Below the pieces are notes generated by a model, which was not told where the DNA came from, did no database searches, and saw only the letters and a list, made by a program, of their open reading frames with translations. 64,000 nucleotides of DNA from an uncultured Candidatus Saccharibacteria bacterium (GTDB lineage Bacteria; Patescibacteriota; Saccharimonadia; Saccharimonadales; JAGQNJ01): NCBI GenBank assembly GCA_965231045.1, contig OZ246406.1, forward strand, positions 180,295-244,294, read 5' to 3'. Below are positions 18,027 through 28,787 of the stretch, piece by piece. Each line of letters begins with the position of its first letter. Positions within the stretch are counted from its first letter, which is position 1. The position numbers and the translations under genes were made by a program.

Positions 18027-18030
18027 ATAA

Positions 18031-19424
<1,394 letters not shown>

Positions 19425-19425
<1 letters not shown>

Positions 19426-19640
19426 TGTCAGATGCAGCCTATACCCCCAAGGATGACTTAAACCAATATTTATCTCCTGAACTGGAACAATATTTTAGGC
19501 ATGAGTTAAATATGGGCTACGGTCAGCCAAAAGATGAGGTTGATCCTGAGTTCGGGCACACGAGAGTTGCTGGTGAATACATCGGCACTGATATAGATAC
19601 TCAAGTGCCTGATGACATAAGGGAGATTACGGGAGAATGA
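19425..19640 (+). CDS. hypothetical 71-aa highly acidic protein inserted between atpD and atpC
   Basis: TAATG overlap with the atpD stop. GAGG at 19414-19417. ATGA overlap with the atpC start. No family recognised. Confidence 0.5.
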
Positions 19641-20068
19641 TTCGCTTTGAGCTTGTAACTCTTGATGGCACCAAGTATAGCCAGGATGTATATGAGGTTC
19701 GTTTGCCTACCCCAGACGGAGAGATAGGCGTTTTTACGGACCATATGCCACTCGTTACTATTGCTACTCCAGGGATAATCTTAGTTCGTCCAAAGCAAAG
19801 CACCCCAGATGATTTAGAAGAAGTCTTTGCAACCAATGGCGGTGTAATTGAAATTTCTGATAACGTCGTGCGTGTATTGGTAGACGAAGCTGACCATGCC
19901 GAGGACATTAATGAGAAAGAAGCTCTTGAGGCCCATGAGCGTGCCCTTAAACTTAAGAGCGAGGCTAGAGATCAAGTATCACTTGAGGAAGCCCAAAGTC
20001 TTGTTGATCGTAGCGCTGTTCGCTTGCGGGTTGCCGAGCTCAAGCGTCACCGTCGCGTTCGACATTAA
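19637..20068 (+). CDS. atpC: F0F1 ATP synthase subunit epsilon
   Basis: N-terminal beta-sandwich sequence (LVTLDG...VRLPTPDGEIGVFTDHMPLVT) plus a C-terminal helical hairpin. Confidence 0.9.
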   Translation: MIRFELVTLDGTKYSQDVYEVRLPTPDGEIGVFTDHMPLVTIATPGIILVRPKQSTPDDLEEVFATNGGVIEISDNVVRVLVDEADHAEDINEKEALEAHERALKLKSEARDQVSLEEAQSLVDRSAVRLRVAELKRHRRVRH

Positions 20069-20137
20069 AACATTATATTTACAAAGTCACAAAAGCTCGC
20101 TATGCTAAATCTAATAAAAGATAACTTTGGAGGATAT

Positions 20138-20872
20138 ATGTTTTCTCGTAAAAATATTGCTATGGTGGTAGCAGAACTTGTTGGCACCGGGCTACTAACT
20201 GGTGTGGTACTAGCTGTTAGCCGATCACCCATTGGCCTGCCTTACTTTGTGGCGTTAGCCGCAGGCTTAACACTGGGTATGTTAGTACTAACTGTCGGCC
20301 GTGCTTCTGGAGCACACGTAAACCCAGCGGTTACCCTAGGTCTTTGGACTGCTCGAAAAATCGGCACGATTAAGGCAGTTATCTACATCGTTGCTCAGTT
20401 TGTTGGTGCGATTTTAGCTTGGAGACTTTACACGTACCTTGTAAATGCACCAGTAAAGAATATTGCAGGCTCAACTTTTGACTGGCGCGTAATGGTCGCC
20501 GAGTTAGGCGGTGCCGCAATCCTTACTTTTGGTGTTGCCACAGCAGTAAGCGAAGATCAAGATTCAACTGGCAAGCAAGCCGCAACTGTAGGCTTATCTA
20601 TTGCACTTGGTATCATGGTTGCATCATCAGCATCTAACGGCATTATTAACCCGGCCGTTGCTCTAGGTGTTCAATCATGGAGCAAGGCATACGTCTTCGG
20701 CCCACTTGTTGGCGGTGTTGTTGGTGCAATGCTTTACGCACTAGTATTTGCCCCTGAGGGCTTAAAGATTGCTACAGCAAAGCTTACTGTACCAAAAGCG
20801 GCTAGTACCGCAACAGCTACTAAGAAGAAAGCTCCTGCTAAAAAGAAAGCTACTTCTAAAAAGCGTAAATAG
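20138..20872 (+). CDS. MIP-family channel (aquaporin/glycerol facilitator) with Lys-rich C-terminal tail
   Basis: Two NPA boxes (HVNPAVTLG, INPAVALG). GGAGG lies 4 nt before the ATG at 20138. Confidence 0.9.
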   Translation: MFSRKNIAMVVAELVGTGLLTGVVLAVSRSPIGLPYFVALAAGLTLGMLVLTVGRASGAHVNPAVTLGLWTARKIGTIKAVIYIVAQFVGAILAWRLYTYLVNAPVKNIAGSTFDWRVMVAELGGAAILTFGVATAVSEDQDSTGKQAATVGLSIALGIMVASSASNGIINPAVALGVQSWSKAYVFGPLVGGVVGAMLYALVFAPEGLKIATAKLTVPKAASTATATKKKAPAKKKATSKKRK

Positions 20873-20890
20873 TAAACTTTCGTACTGTAA

Positions 20891-20920
20891 AACACCCCAA
20901 ATTGATGGGGTGTTTTTTTT
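20891..20920 (+). terminator. Rho-independent terminator shared by convergent genes
   Basis: aacacccca / tggggtgtt 9-bp stem, 6-nt loop, then a T run to 20920. Confidence 0.75.
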
Positions 20921-23900
20921 ATATCCTGTTATTTATCAAGTCTTCTTCAAAATCTAATATACCTGCCATATCCTTGCTGTACTTGGAAACGTCTGGAAAA
21001 TTTAGGTCTAGGACATGTTTGTACACGGCTTGAACTAGTTTTGTAAATCGTTTTAACTCTTCGGAACTGGGCTCAAGTGCTAGGAACATTTTAGACACTG
21101 TCTCAGCTTCGACGTATATCATCTGCCCTTTAATCTGATCAGCCTTGAACCTATCGCTATGACGTAAAAGCAAGCTATAAAATAATAATTGGTTACGGTT
21201 TCGCCAAGCCTTAATAACCTTTGTCCTATCTTTAGTCTCAAAACTATATAACGGCTTCCCTGTCTTATAGTCACTAATCAAAACGTTATTGTCACTTTGG
21301 TTTATGCGGTCGATCTTACCGCCGATTATGGCTGGTCCAAGACGGACATCACTAACCTTCTGCTCACTTAATCCCCCTTGAGGAATAAGCAAAGGCATAT
21401 CCTTAACCAACCTCTCCAAAAGCTTATGGCCGCGCGAACTAAATCGTTGAAAATCATTGGGGGGCAGGTGCTCATCCTCAAACGTGCGATCAAACCGGTC
21501 AAGCACGGGGTCTAACTTAAATCCGGTTGTATTAACTAATCGTTGAGCGGTTTCAAGTGCCGCATGAACTGCTGTGCCATAGCTACCTATAGCCGATCTT
21601 GCTCGAGGTAAACGCAATAAGTGACGTTCCTTAAAGCTTGCAGGGCCAGATTCGGCAATATCAAGAAAGTCGTTTAATGATGATGAGCTGAGTGAAAAGT
21701 TTTCTAACCTATCAGCAAGAACTTTACGTTCGTCGGTAGTTTTTAAACTTGGCCAGCGTAAGTTTTCTTCTATGACTTCAGCAGCATCTTCTAGGTCTTT
21801 ATCGATAGTCTTAAGTGGTAGAGCTGATAATAATGGTGTTGGAAGTAATTCCTGTCCTTTGTCATCTTCTTGATAACTCGTAGCCACAAAAACTCGTTTT
21901 GCTCGGGATGCCGCTACGTAAAGCAGCCTTATATAATCATCGTACTTCTCGCCGTATGATTGCAGTCGTATATTAGCCGGTGATGACCTTCCACCTGTTC
22001 GTGGGCTCCACATTGGCTCAACACCATCGACTACAAAAACATGCTCAAACTCAAGGCCTTTAGCCTTATATATTGTTAACAGTTCGACAGCTTCTTCACC
22101 GCTCACAAACCACGTTTCGTTAGCTATAACCCTGCCAGTACTGTTATTTAGTTGCACAAAGCGCACAAAATCTTGTAAAGTTGCTTTTTTGTTGGCGAAC
22201 TCGCTAGCCATTGACACTAACAATGATATTGATGAAATATCGTCTATGTAGGCATTATTTATCTTTTCAGATTGCAGAAAATAACTTCTAACCGGACTTT
22301 GTATGTACTGACCTTCGTTAAGCCCAATTATATATTCCAGGGTTCTTGGCAAAGGATTATCGATTTGTCTGGAGAGCCACACGAACCACTGTCCAATGTT
22401 ATTTAGACTTACATCATGACTAGTTAAAAGTGAATCTAGCCAGTCTGGAGAACTATAATTAGTTTTAGCCAGACCCCAAAGCACTTTAGGTTTTATGTTC
22501 CACATTGGATGACGTATTAACGAAGAAATTAACAAATTAGTAGTAGCATTGTCACCGCTAGCTATGGCAACAGCCAAATGTGCTATATGACAAACTTGAA
22601 TAACCGCGTTGTTATCTAAGATATTGCTTTGTTGCTCGTACTTAATTGGCACTTTTTGACGAAGTAATTGGGCTGCGATTTGTCGCAAACTCTCGTTGGT
22701 TCTAGCCAAAACGGCAATGTCTTTATTGCCCTCTTTCCAAAGTGAAGCTATCTCTTCTGTTACACCATTAAATTGATGCATTCTAGTTGGATAGGTTTTA
22801 TGGGTAATCGAAGAATCGCTTTTAGGCGCATTTTTAGCTATCAAGTCTTTAGTTAGGTTCTTTTCGCGTTTTACAAGTCGGTCCTCAGCTAATTCAATGA
22901 TGTTCTTGGCGTTATCCAGTATAAGTTGTGATGATCGATAATTATCCTTTAGTACTATAAGCTTAGTGGCTGGATAGGCTCGTTGGAAGTTGAGCATATT
23001 GTTAAGCTCAGCGCCATTAAAAGCAAAAATTGACTGATCGTCGTCGCCAACCGCCATTATATTAGGGCGGTTATTAGCCGCGTAGTTATCCGCAACCAAG
23101 TGAGCTAAGCGTAGTTGTGCAGCATTTGTATCTTGAAACTCGTCTATCAGAACATAAGGGTACCGCTCTTGTATGTCAGCCAGCATATCTGGTTGATGCT
23201 GTAACTGCTCAATAACTTCAATCAACATGTCTGAATAATCATAGTAGCCCCGCTCATGTAGTTGGATACGATACTCTTCGTAAACATCAGCCACAGCTAA
23301 CCACCACATATTGCGTTTGCGTTCGGCGAACATTCCTTTATCGCCATTAACTGTTTGAACCCATTTGGATTTCCATTTGCCAGTGTTTTTTGTCTTTCCA
23401 GCTGGCATGTCTTGTTCGATGGCTAGATCTAGACTTTCGCTAATCACAGTATCGAGTGGCAGTAGTATATTCGCTAAACTTACGGTCTGTTTTGGTAGTT
23501 TCTCAATTTCAGTTTGGAGTTCTGACAAGGATTTAAAACTCAGGGTCTTGGATAAAATTTTTACTAGTTTTGGCTCGAGTTTATCCAGAAATTTTAGATT
23601 ATCTTCAATAACATCTCTAAGTTCAGAAGGGTTAAGACCAGCCTCTTTAATAAGTTTTAAAGCGGCCTTAACGTCTGGTAGCGCAGTGTATGCCCCTGCA
23701 AAGGTTGCGGCAAGTGGGCTGTCTAACGGTAACTTGGCCAGTATTGATTGAATAATATCCTCTTGAACTGCTTCTGGAGCAACACTAAGCCTTGCTCCGT
23801 TCCAGAAATAATCCGGATACTGATTCATTATTTCAGCCGCAAAACTATGAAAAGTGCGCACAACAACAGAATGTGCTTGTGCACCAATAAGAGTCTGTAA

Positions 23901-24122
23901 GCGTTGTTTCATAGCTAGGACAGCCTTATTAGTAAAGGTCAGACATAAAATGTTTTGTGGGTCTGAGTCGGTCTGTTTTAGTATGTTTGCTACCCGTACA
24001 CTTAGTAGCTGCGTCTTACCGGTTCCTGGACCAGCAATAACCAGTACAGGGCCGTCTAATGTATCCACAGCAGCTCTTTGCGCGTCGTTTAACCCTTTAT
24101 ATGCGTTTTCAAAGCTCCCCAT
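20919..24122 (-). CDS. UvrD/PcrA-type superfamily-1 helicase fused to a C-terminal PD-(D/E)XK (RecB-like) nuclease
   Basis: Walker A AGPGTGKTQ, DEFQDTN and helicase motifs through VAASRAK. The C-terminus carries ISDYKTGK, typical of the RecB/AddA nuclease domain. Confidence 0.85.
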   Translation of the reverse strand: MGSFENAYKGLNDAQRAAVDTLDGPVLVIAGPGTGKTQLLSVRVANILKQTDSDPQNILCLTFTNKAVLAMKQRLQTLIGAQAHSVVVRTFHSFAAEIMNQYPDYFWNGARLSVAPEAVQEDIIQSILAKLPLDSPLAATFAGAYTALPDVKAALKLIKEAGLNPSELRDVIEDNLKFLDKLEPKLVKILSKTLSFKSLSELQTEIEKLPKQTVSLANILLPLDTVISESLDLAIEQDMPAGKTKNTGKWKSKWVQTVNGDKGMFAERKRNMWWLAVADVYEEYRIQLHERGYYDYSDMLIEVIEQLQHQPDMLADIQERYPYVLIDEFQDTNAAQLRLAHLVADNYAANNRPNIMAVGDDDQSIFAFNGAELNNMLNFQRAYPATKLIVLKDNYRSSQLILDNAKNIIELAEDRLVKREKNLTKDLIAKNAPKSDSSITHKTYPTRMHQFNGVTEEIASLWKEGNKDIAVLARTNESLRQIAAQLLRQKVPIKYEQQSNILDNNAVIQVCHIAHLAVAIASGDNATTNLLISSLIRHPMWNIKPKVLWGLAKTNYSSPDWLDSLLTSHDVSLNNIGQWFVWLSRQIDNPLPRTLEYIIGLNEGQYIQSPVRSYFLQSEKINNAYIDDISSISLLVSMASEFANKKATLQDFVRFVQLNNSTGRVIANETWFVSGEEAVELLTIYKAKGLEFEHVFVVDGVEPMWSPRTGGRSSPANIRLQSYGEKYDDYIRLLYVAASRAKRVFVATSYQEDDKGQELLPTPLLSALPLKTIDKDLEDAAEVIEENLRWPSLKTTDERKVLADRLENFSLSSSSLNDFLDIAESGPASFKERHLLRLPRARSAIGSYGTAVHAALETAQRLVNTTGFKLDPVLDRFDRTFEDEHLPPNDFQRFSSRGHKLLERLVKDMPLLIPQGGLSEQKVSDVRLGPAIIGGKIDRINQSDNNVLISDYKTGKPLYSFETKDRTKVIKAWRNRNQLLFYSLLLRHSDRFKADQIKGQMIYVEAETVSKMFLALEPSSEELKRFTKLVQAVYKHVLDLNFPDVSKYSKDMAGILDFEEDLINNRI

Positions 24123-24217
24123 AGTACACTATTGTACCGTTTATCTCTGGAAAGTATATTGCTCTTACCTGATTGAAGGCGTATTCTAAATACAAATACT
24201 TAATAGGAGATGATCTT

Positions 24218-24718
24218 ATGTCAGCTTTATCACAACTAGAAAACAAAATAGATGAGGTAGTTAAAAAAGCCCCTTTTCAACTACCTGAGAGCGCACGAAA
24301 GTGGATCGCCGATTATGCTTGGATCTTTGCGCTTGTAGGTCTCGTTTTAGGAGTATTGTCATTCTTTCCGCTACTAGCAGTTGTTGGGCTTGTATCAACC
24401 TTTGGTGTCGCTGTTGGCGCAGGTTTTGCCGTATTAATGGCTTGGCTATCACTTGCAGTACTGCTTGGTTACCTTGTAGTGCTTGCCATTGCTGTTCCGA
24501 AGCTTAAGAATAAGCAACCAATGGGTTGGGATCTTTGTTACTACAGCACACTATTCTTCTTTGCCTACGATGTACTCAACTGGGTACGCTACCCAGCCGG
24601 CATATTTGGCCTTATCTGGAATGCTATCGGAACTGCTGCTGGATTATACTTCTTATTCCAGGTTCGAAGTTACTTCAAGAAAACAAAAGTAGCCACCAAA
24701 GCAGCTGATAAGAAATAA
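24218..24718 (+). CDS. hypothetical integral membrane protein (4 TM)
   Basis: AGGAGA Shine-Dalgarno before the ATG at 24218. Four hydrophobic helices. Confidence 0.5.
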   Translation: MSALSQLENKIDEVVKKAPFQLPESARKWIADYAWIFALVGLVLGVLSFFPLLAVVGLVSTFGVAVGAGFAVLMAWLSLAVLLGYLVVLAIAVPKLKNKQPMGWDLCYYSTLFFFAYDVLNWVRYPAGIFGLIWNAIGTAAGLYFLFQVRSYFKKTKVATKAADKK

Positions 24719-24739
24719 GTAGATAAAATACTTCAACTA

Positions 24740-24767
24740 TACCCCGTGATAACAACGGGGTATTTTT
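24740..24767 (+). terminator. Rho-independent terminator
   Basis: taccccgt / acggggta 8-bp stem, 7-nt loop, T5. Confidence 0.65.
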
Positions 24768-25398
24768 ATATCAAAGTTTTCCAGTAATACCAAAATCGAA
24801 TAATAATCAGTGCGATTATCAATACATACCAGCCGATTAAGATATCAAGATGATGGCGCTGAGCAAATTTAACTAACTTTATTAACTTAGGTGGCGTTTT
24901 GATATGTCCTTCACGGAGATTATAAAGTAGCGTGTACCAAAAGGCTGCAATAGTAACCACCCAGACGAGCATACAGTATATACACAATGCTCCGATACTG
25001 TAGAGGCTTTCGTAGGCTAGCCAGTGAACAAATAGCAGGCCAAATATCGTTCCGCCTTGCAGACCAAGCCAAAACCAACGCTTAAACTTAGCTCCAGCCA
25101 ACAATCCCACACCTATCGTTATTAAAACCGCATAGCTAGCTAGCCCAATAAATGGGTTTGGGAATCCAAACGCTGCAGCCTGTTTAGTTCGGATTATTGA
25201 TCCACAGCTTAACACTGGGTTAATATTGCAATTTGGCTGATACCCAGGATTTTTTAACAACGACATCTTTTCTTGGGTAAGAATAAATGCTGCCAACAGA
25301 CCAACTACTCCAACTACAATTAGTAAATAAGGGTAATATCTTTGAAACTTTGTTTGAGCTTTTTTCACCATAAAAGTAGTATAGCTTATTCTCGGCAT
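24766..25398 (-). CDS. Vitamin K epoxide reductase (VKOR) family protein
   Basis: Loop cysteines (NPVLSCGS) and the active-site CIYC in a TM helix. Start uncertain (alternative ATG at 25371). Confidence 0.8.
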   Translation of the reverse strand: MPRISYTTFMVKKAQTKFQRYYPYLLIVVGVVGLLAAFILTQEKMSLLKNPGYQPNCNINPVLSCGSIIRTKQAAAFGFPNPFIGLASYAVLITIGVGLLAGAKFKRWFWLGLQGGTIFGLLFVHWLAYESLYSIGALCIYCMLVWVVTIAAFWYTLLYNLREGHIKTPPKLIKLVKFAQRHHLDILIGWYVLIIALIIIRFWYYWKTLI

Positions 25399-25426
25399 AT
25401 AACTATAGAGGTATAATTATTTAGTA

Positions 25427-26353
25427 GTGATTAGTAAGTTTAAGCAGAAAAAACTCCGATATTCGATCGCTGGTATCTATTTATTAGTGTTAATTGGCAT
25501 CTTTGCTGTTGTGCGGACATTTTGGACCCCCGACTTAATATTCATAAGTCTTTTGGGTTTATTCATTATTCTTGGCGAAGGTAAGCAGTTCTTCTTACAC
25601 TTTTTGCCATTTGTTATTTTGTTATTGTCCTACGAGAAGCTACGCAGCCTTGCACCACTCATAAACTCTCACGTTCATTACACAGAAATGATTAGTTTTG
25701 ACCGCTGGGTATTTGGGGGTACCACGCCAACACAATTGTTCCAAAGTTGGTTATTCCACGGCGCCGTACAGTGGTATGACTTTGTGTTTTATTTTGTTTA
25801 TATGATGCATTTTGTAACGCCACTGATACTTGCGGTAATGATCTGGAAATTACGCCCCAAATATTATTGGACGTACGTAACCGCTCTATTGCTTCTATCT
25901 TATGCCGGATTTTTAACCTATGTAGCATTTCCGGCTGCGCCACCATGGCTAGCGTCTGAGCAAGGTATCCTAACACCACAAATTACTCATATCTCGACTA
26001 GCATCTGGTATGCCTTTGGAGTGCATAATTTCTCAAGCTATTATAAACAACTAAGCCCTAATCTTGTGGCAGCTATGCCATCCCTACATGCTGCATATCC
26101 TTTTCTTCTCACCCTGTTTGTACGGAAGATTTGGGGCAATAAGTGGTTCTATGTCAGTCTAGCCTACCCTCTTACTATATGGTTCGGTGTTATGTATCTA
26201 GGCGAACACTATTTGATTGATGTGATCGTCGGCATTATATATGCCTTGGCGTGTTACTTTGCAGCACCGTATGTTCTAAATTTCATACAAATCAACGCCA
26301 AGAAGTTGCATAGACGTTTTACGCATAAAGAACGCAAGCCAAACAAGAACTAA
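25427..26353 (+). CDS. PAP2-superfamily membrane protein (PAP2_C / phosphotransferase-like)
   Basis: Multi-TM. MPSLHAAYP and GEHYLIDVIVG motifs. GTG start 9 nt after a perfect TATAAT (25412-25417). Confidence 0.7.
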   Translation: MISKFKQKKLRYSIAGIYLLVLIGIFAVVRTFWTPDLIFISLLGLFIILGEGKQFFLHFLPFVILLLSYEKLRSLAPLINSHVHYTEMISFDRWVFGGTTPTQLFQSWLFHGAVQWYDFVFYFVYMMHFVTPLILAVMIWKLRPKYYWTYVTALLLLSYAGFLTYVAFPAAPPWLASEQGILTPQITHISTSIWYAFGVHNFSSYYKQLSPNLVAAMPSLHAAYPFLLTLFVRKIWGNKWFYVSLAYPLTIWFGVMYLGEHYLIDVIVGIIYALACYFAAPYVLNFIQINAKKLHRRFTHKERKPNKN

Positions 26354-26458
26354 GCTATACAGCATTTTGTTTGTGTCACAAAAAAGTGTTGTAAAGTTTG
26401 TTGCATTGTCAATTTTAGTACCCTGTAAATAAAAACCTTCATAAGAATATTGACGAAG

Positions 26459-26476
26459 CTGTAAGATATCTTACAG
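26459..26476. promoter_or_regulatory. Perfect 18-bp palindrome, candidate operator
   Basis: ctgtaagatatcttacag equals its own reverse complement. It lies 83 nt upstream of the Asn-rich protein gene. Confidence 0.3.
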
Positions 26477-26558
26477 AAACAAGATATGATGAGCCATATT
26501 GTCATAGTACGTGCGTGGGGCACGTTTTGTGTTTATAAATAACTAGGAGGGTATCAAA

Positions 26559-27218
26559 ATGGTACAACAACAATATTATAGTATGCGAACAAACATGCTT
26601 TCTACGTTCATCGCGACGTTGGTGGCAATTCTTGTAGCAGTACCTGTTGCAGTCTTTGTTGCAACAACATTAGCAAAGTCACAACCTGCATCAGCAAGTA
26701 CGTATGCACAAACAGCTCAAGTAGGGCCAGCGGCGTCAGTTGTTTCAGCTGGAAACGCATGTGTAGCACCAAATTCAAGCTCAGCACAGGGCCAAGGCAC
26801 GGGCTCAGCATCAGCTGACAGTCAGGGTGCCAATGTTGGTACAACTGGATGGGGCGGCGGTTCAGGCGGCTTCTTTAGCGCTCTTTACCAAAATCAAACT
26901 GAAAACCACTACAAATACATTGATTCATTCAATACTACTAACAACACATCAACATCTAACTCAAGTTCAATCGTTACTACTACATCAGTTGTAACTACAA
27001 GCACTGACAACAGTCAGCATGACTCAAACAACACAACAAATTCAAACAATACCGACAATAGTAACCAGAACAATACAACTAACTCAAACAACACTAACAA
27101 CAGCAACCAAAACAACACTACCGATTCAAACAACGGTAACGGTTCTGGTAACGTATCAGACAGCATTGTTGATTCATTCAACAATAACACTCTAAACGCA
27201 TTGCCAATTCTTCCATAA
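26559..27218 (+). CDS. Secreted or surface low-complexity protein (signal/TM anchor, Asn/Ser/Thr-rich repeats)
   Basis: AGGAGG Shine-Dalgarno. Hydrophobic N-terminus. The C-terminal half is about 50% N/S/T with NSNNT(D/N)NSNQNNTT repeats. Confidence 0.65.
   Translation: MVQQQYYSMRTNMLSTFIATLVAILVAVPVAVFVATTLAKSQPASASTYAQTAQVGPAASVVSAGNACVAPNSSSAQGQGTGSASADSQGANVGTTGWGGGSGGFFSALYQNQTENHYKYIDSFNTTNNTSTSNSSSIVTTTSVVTTSTDNSQHDSNNTTNSNNTDNSNQNNTTNSNNTNNSNQNNTTDSNNGNGSGNVSDSIVDSFNNNTLNALPILP
27039..27122 (+). repeat. Two tandem 42-nt (14-codon) imperfect repeats inside the Asn-rich gene
   Basis: 27039-27080 and 27081-27122 encode NSNNTDNSNQNNTT and NSNNTNNSNQNNTT. Confidence 0.7.
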
Positions 27219-27240
27219 AACAAAACCAAATGTTAATAAG

Positions 27241-27268
27241 AGCGGCCTACATAGGTCGCTTTTATTTT
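27241..27268 (+). terminator. Rho-independent terminator
   Basis: agcggcct / aggtcgct stem (one G-U pair), 4-nt loop, then TTTATTTT. Confidence 0.6.
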
Positions 27269-27296
27269 ACTTACATTCAACTGGTATACTTTCTAC

Positions 27297-27668
27297 ATGA
27301 ATTCAAGCATCCAAGGAGTTGTGAAGAAGTACAAAGGCAACGGGCGTAAACTTGGCTACCCTACCGCTAACATTGATGTTAAGTCCGACCTCAAAGACGG
27401 TGTGTACTTTGGCTTTGCCAACCTAGCTGACTACAAACACTCGCCTGCTCTTATATTTATAGGTACACCAACGACTGTTGGTGATACCGATAGACGCGTT
27501 GAGGCTCACCTACTCGATATTGTTGATAAAGATTATTATGGCTTGCCTATTAGTTTAGAGGTTCATGAATTCCACCGATCAAACCAGACCTTTGATTCTA
27601 TTGAAGAACTGATGAATTACATGCACGATGACGAGAAAAAAGCTCGGGAGTGGTTTAAAAGCCACTAG
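27297..27668 (+). CDS. Monofunctional riboflavin kinase (RibF C-terminal domain type)
   Basis: GNGRKLGYPTANI, DGVYFG and RVEAHLLD motifs. 123 aa with no FAD-synthetase domain. Confidence 0.8.
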   Translation: MNSSIQGVVKKYKGNGRKLGYPTANIDVKSDLKDGVYFGFANLADYKHSPALIFIGTPTTVGDTDRRVEAHLLDIVDKDYYGLPISLEVHEFHRSNQTFDSIEELMNYMHDDEKKAREWFKSH

Positions 27669-27708
27669 CGCTTGCATCTGACAGTTTTTTAACTAATACT
27701 TCTAGGGT

Positions 27709-28287
27709 ATGTTTACAGGGATTATTACTAATACAACTAAAGTTTTGTCGCAAAAGTCTAATAAAGACGGGCTGTTGCTTGAGTTTGCTCGCCCAGGTGA
27801 TTGGGATGATCTAGAACTTGGCGAGTCAATTGCTACGGACGGTGTTTGCCTGACAGTAGCTTCCAAAACCGACAAATCATACACATGTCACTTAATCCCA
27901 GAGACTTTGCGAGTTAGTACTTTTGGCACGAAAGTTCCAGAATCTGTGAACTTAGAGCGTTCGCTGAAGCTCGGCGACCGTCTGAGTGGCCACATGGTGC
28001 AAGGTCACGTTGATGCGGTGTCTAAGGTGGCTAAAATCGATAAGAGCGACGGCTATCAGTTATATATAGAGACTAACAAAGATTGGCAGAAGCTAGTCGT
28101 GCACAAAGGTGCGATTACAGTAAACGGTGTTTCACTCACTGTGGCCTCAAAAGACAGCAAGTCCTTTAGTGTTGCATTAGTGCCCTACACACTTGGTCAC
28201 ACAACTTTAGGTTCACTATCTGACGGTGACCTAGTAAACTTAGAGTTTGACATTGTTGGTAAATACATTTTGCAAGATAAGGAGTAA
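27709..28287 (+). CDS. ribE: Riboflavin synthase (alpha chain)
   Basis: MFTGII N-terminus, duplicated lumazine-binding barrels, GHVD motif. Confidence 0.9.
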   Translation: MFTGIITNTTKVLSQKSNKDGLLLEFARPGDWDDLELGESIATDGVCLTVASKTDKSYTCHLIPETLRVSTFGTKVPESVNLERSLKLGDRLSGHMVQGHVDAVSKVAKIDKSDGYQLYIETNKDWQKLVVHKGAITVNGVSLTVASKDSKSFSVALVPYTLGHTTLGSLSDGDLVNLEFDIVGKYILQDKE

Positions 28288-28289
28288 TA

Positions 28290-28745
28290 ATGCAGCAAGC
28301 TAAACAGGGCGACTTTAAACCATTTGATGCATCCGTCTGGAAGATCGGCATAGTCGTTTCAGAATTTAACAAACCCATTACTGACTCATTACTACGTAGT
28401 GCACTAAAGCGAGCTAAAGAATACAAGCTTGAAGAAGCTAACATTACAGTTGTTCATGTTCCTGGCTCAGTAGAGATTCCTTTGATTCTGCAGACTATGG
28501 CTAAGTCTGGTAATTACAATGCTCTACTAGCGATTGGTTGTGTAGTCCAGGGTGCCACACCGCACTTTGATTATGTTTGTAAGTTTGTTACAGAGGGCGT
28601 GCTACGAGTTCAACTTGATAACGATATGCCGATTGGCTTTGGCATTATTACCTGCAATAACCAAGAGCAGGCCGAAGAACGCAAAAACCTTGGTGGCGAT
28701 CACTTAGATGCTGCTATGCATGTCGCCAAACTCATAGAAGAATAA
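28290..28745 (+). CDS. ribH: 6,7-dimethyl-8-ribityllumazine synthase
   Basis: VPGSVEIP, GCVVQGATPHFDYV and GFGIITC motifs. Confidence 0.92.
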   Translation: MQQAKQGDFKPFDASVWKIGIVVSEFNKPITDSLLRSALKRAKEYKLEEANITVVHVPGSVEIPLILQTMAKSGNYNALLAIGCVVQGATPHFDYVCKFVTEGVLRVQLDNDMPIGFGIITCNNQEQAEERKNLGGDHLDAAMHVAKLIEE

Positions 28746-28747
28746 AA

Positions 28748-28776
28748 GCAGAGCGCATTATTACGCCCTGCTTTTT
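28748..28776 (+). terminator. Rho-independent terminator after ribH
   Basis: gcagagcg / cgccctgc stem with one mismatch, then T5. Confidence 0.55.
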
Positions 28777-28787
28777 GATTATCAGCC

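Noticed and set aside
26608-27229. Two minus-strand ORFs (78 and 71 aa) within the Asn-rich gene
   Set aside because: They are antisense shadows of a low-complexity repeat region. The plus-strand gene has the strong Shine-Dalgarno and signal sequence.
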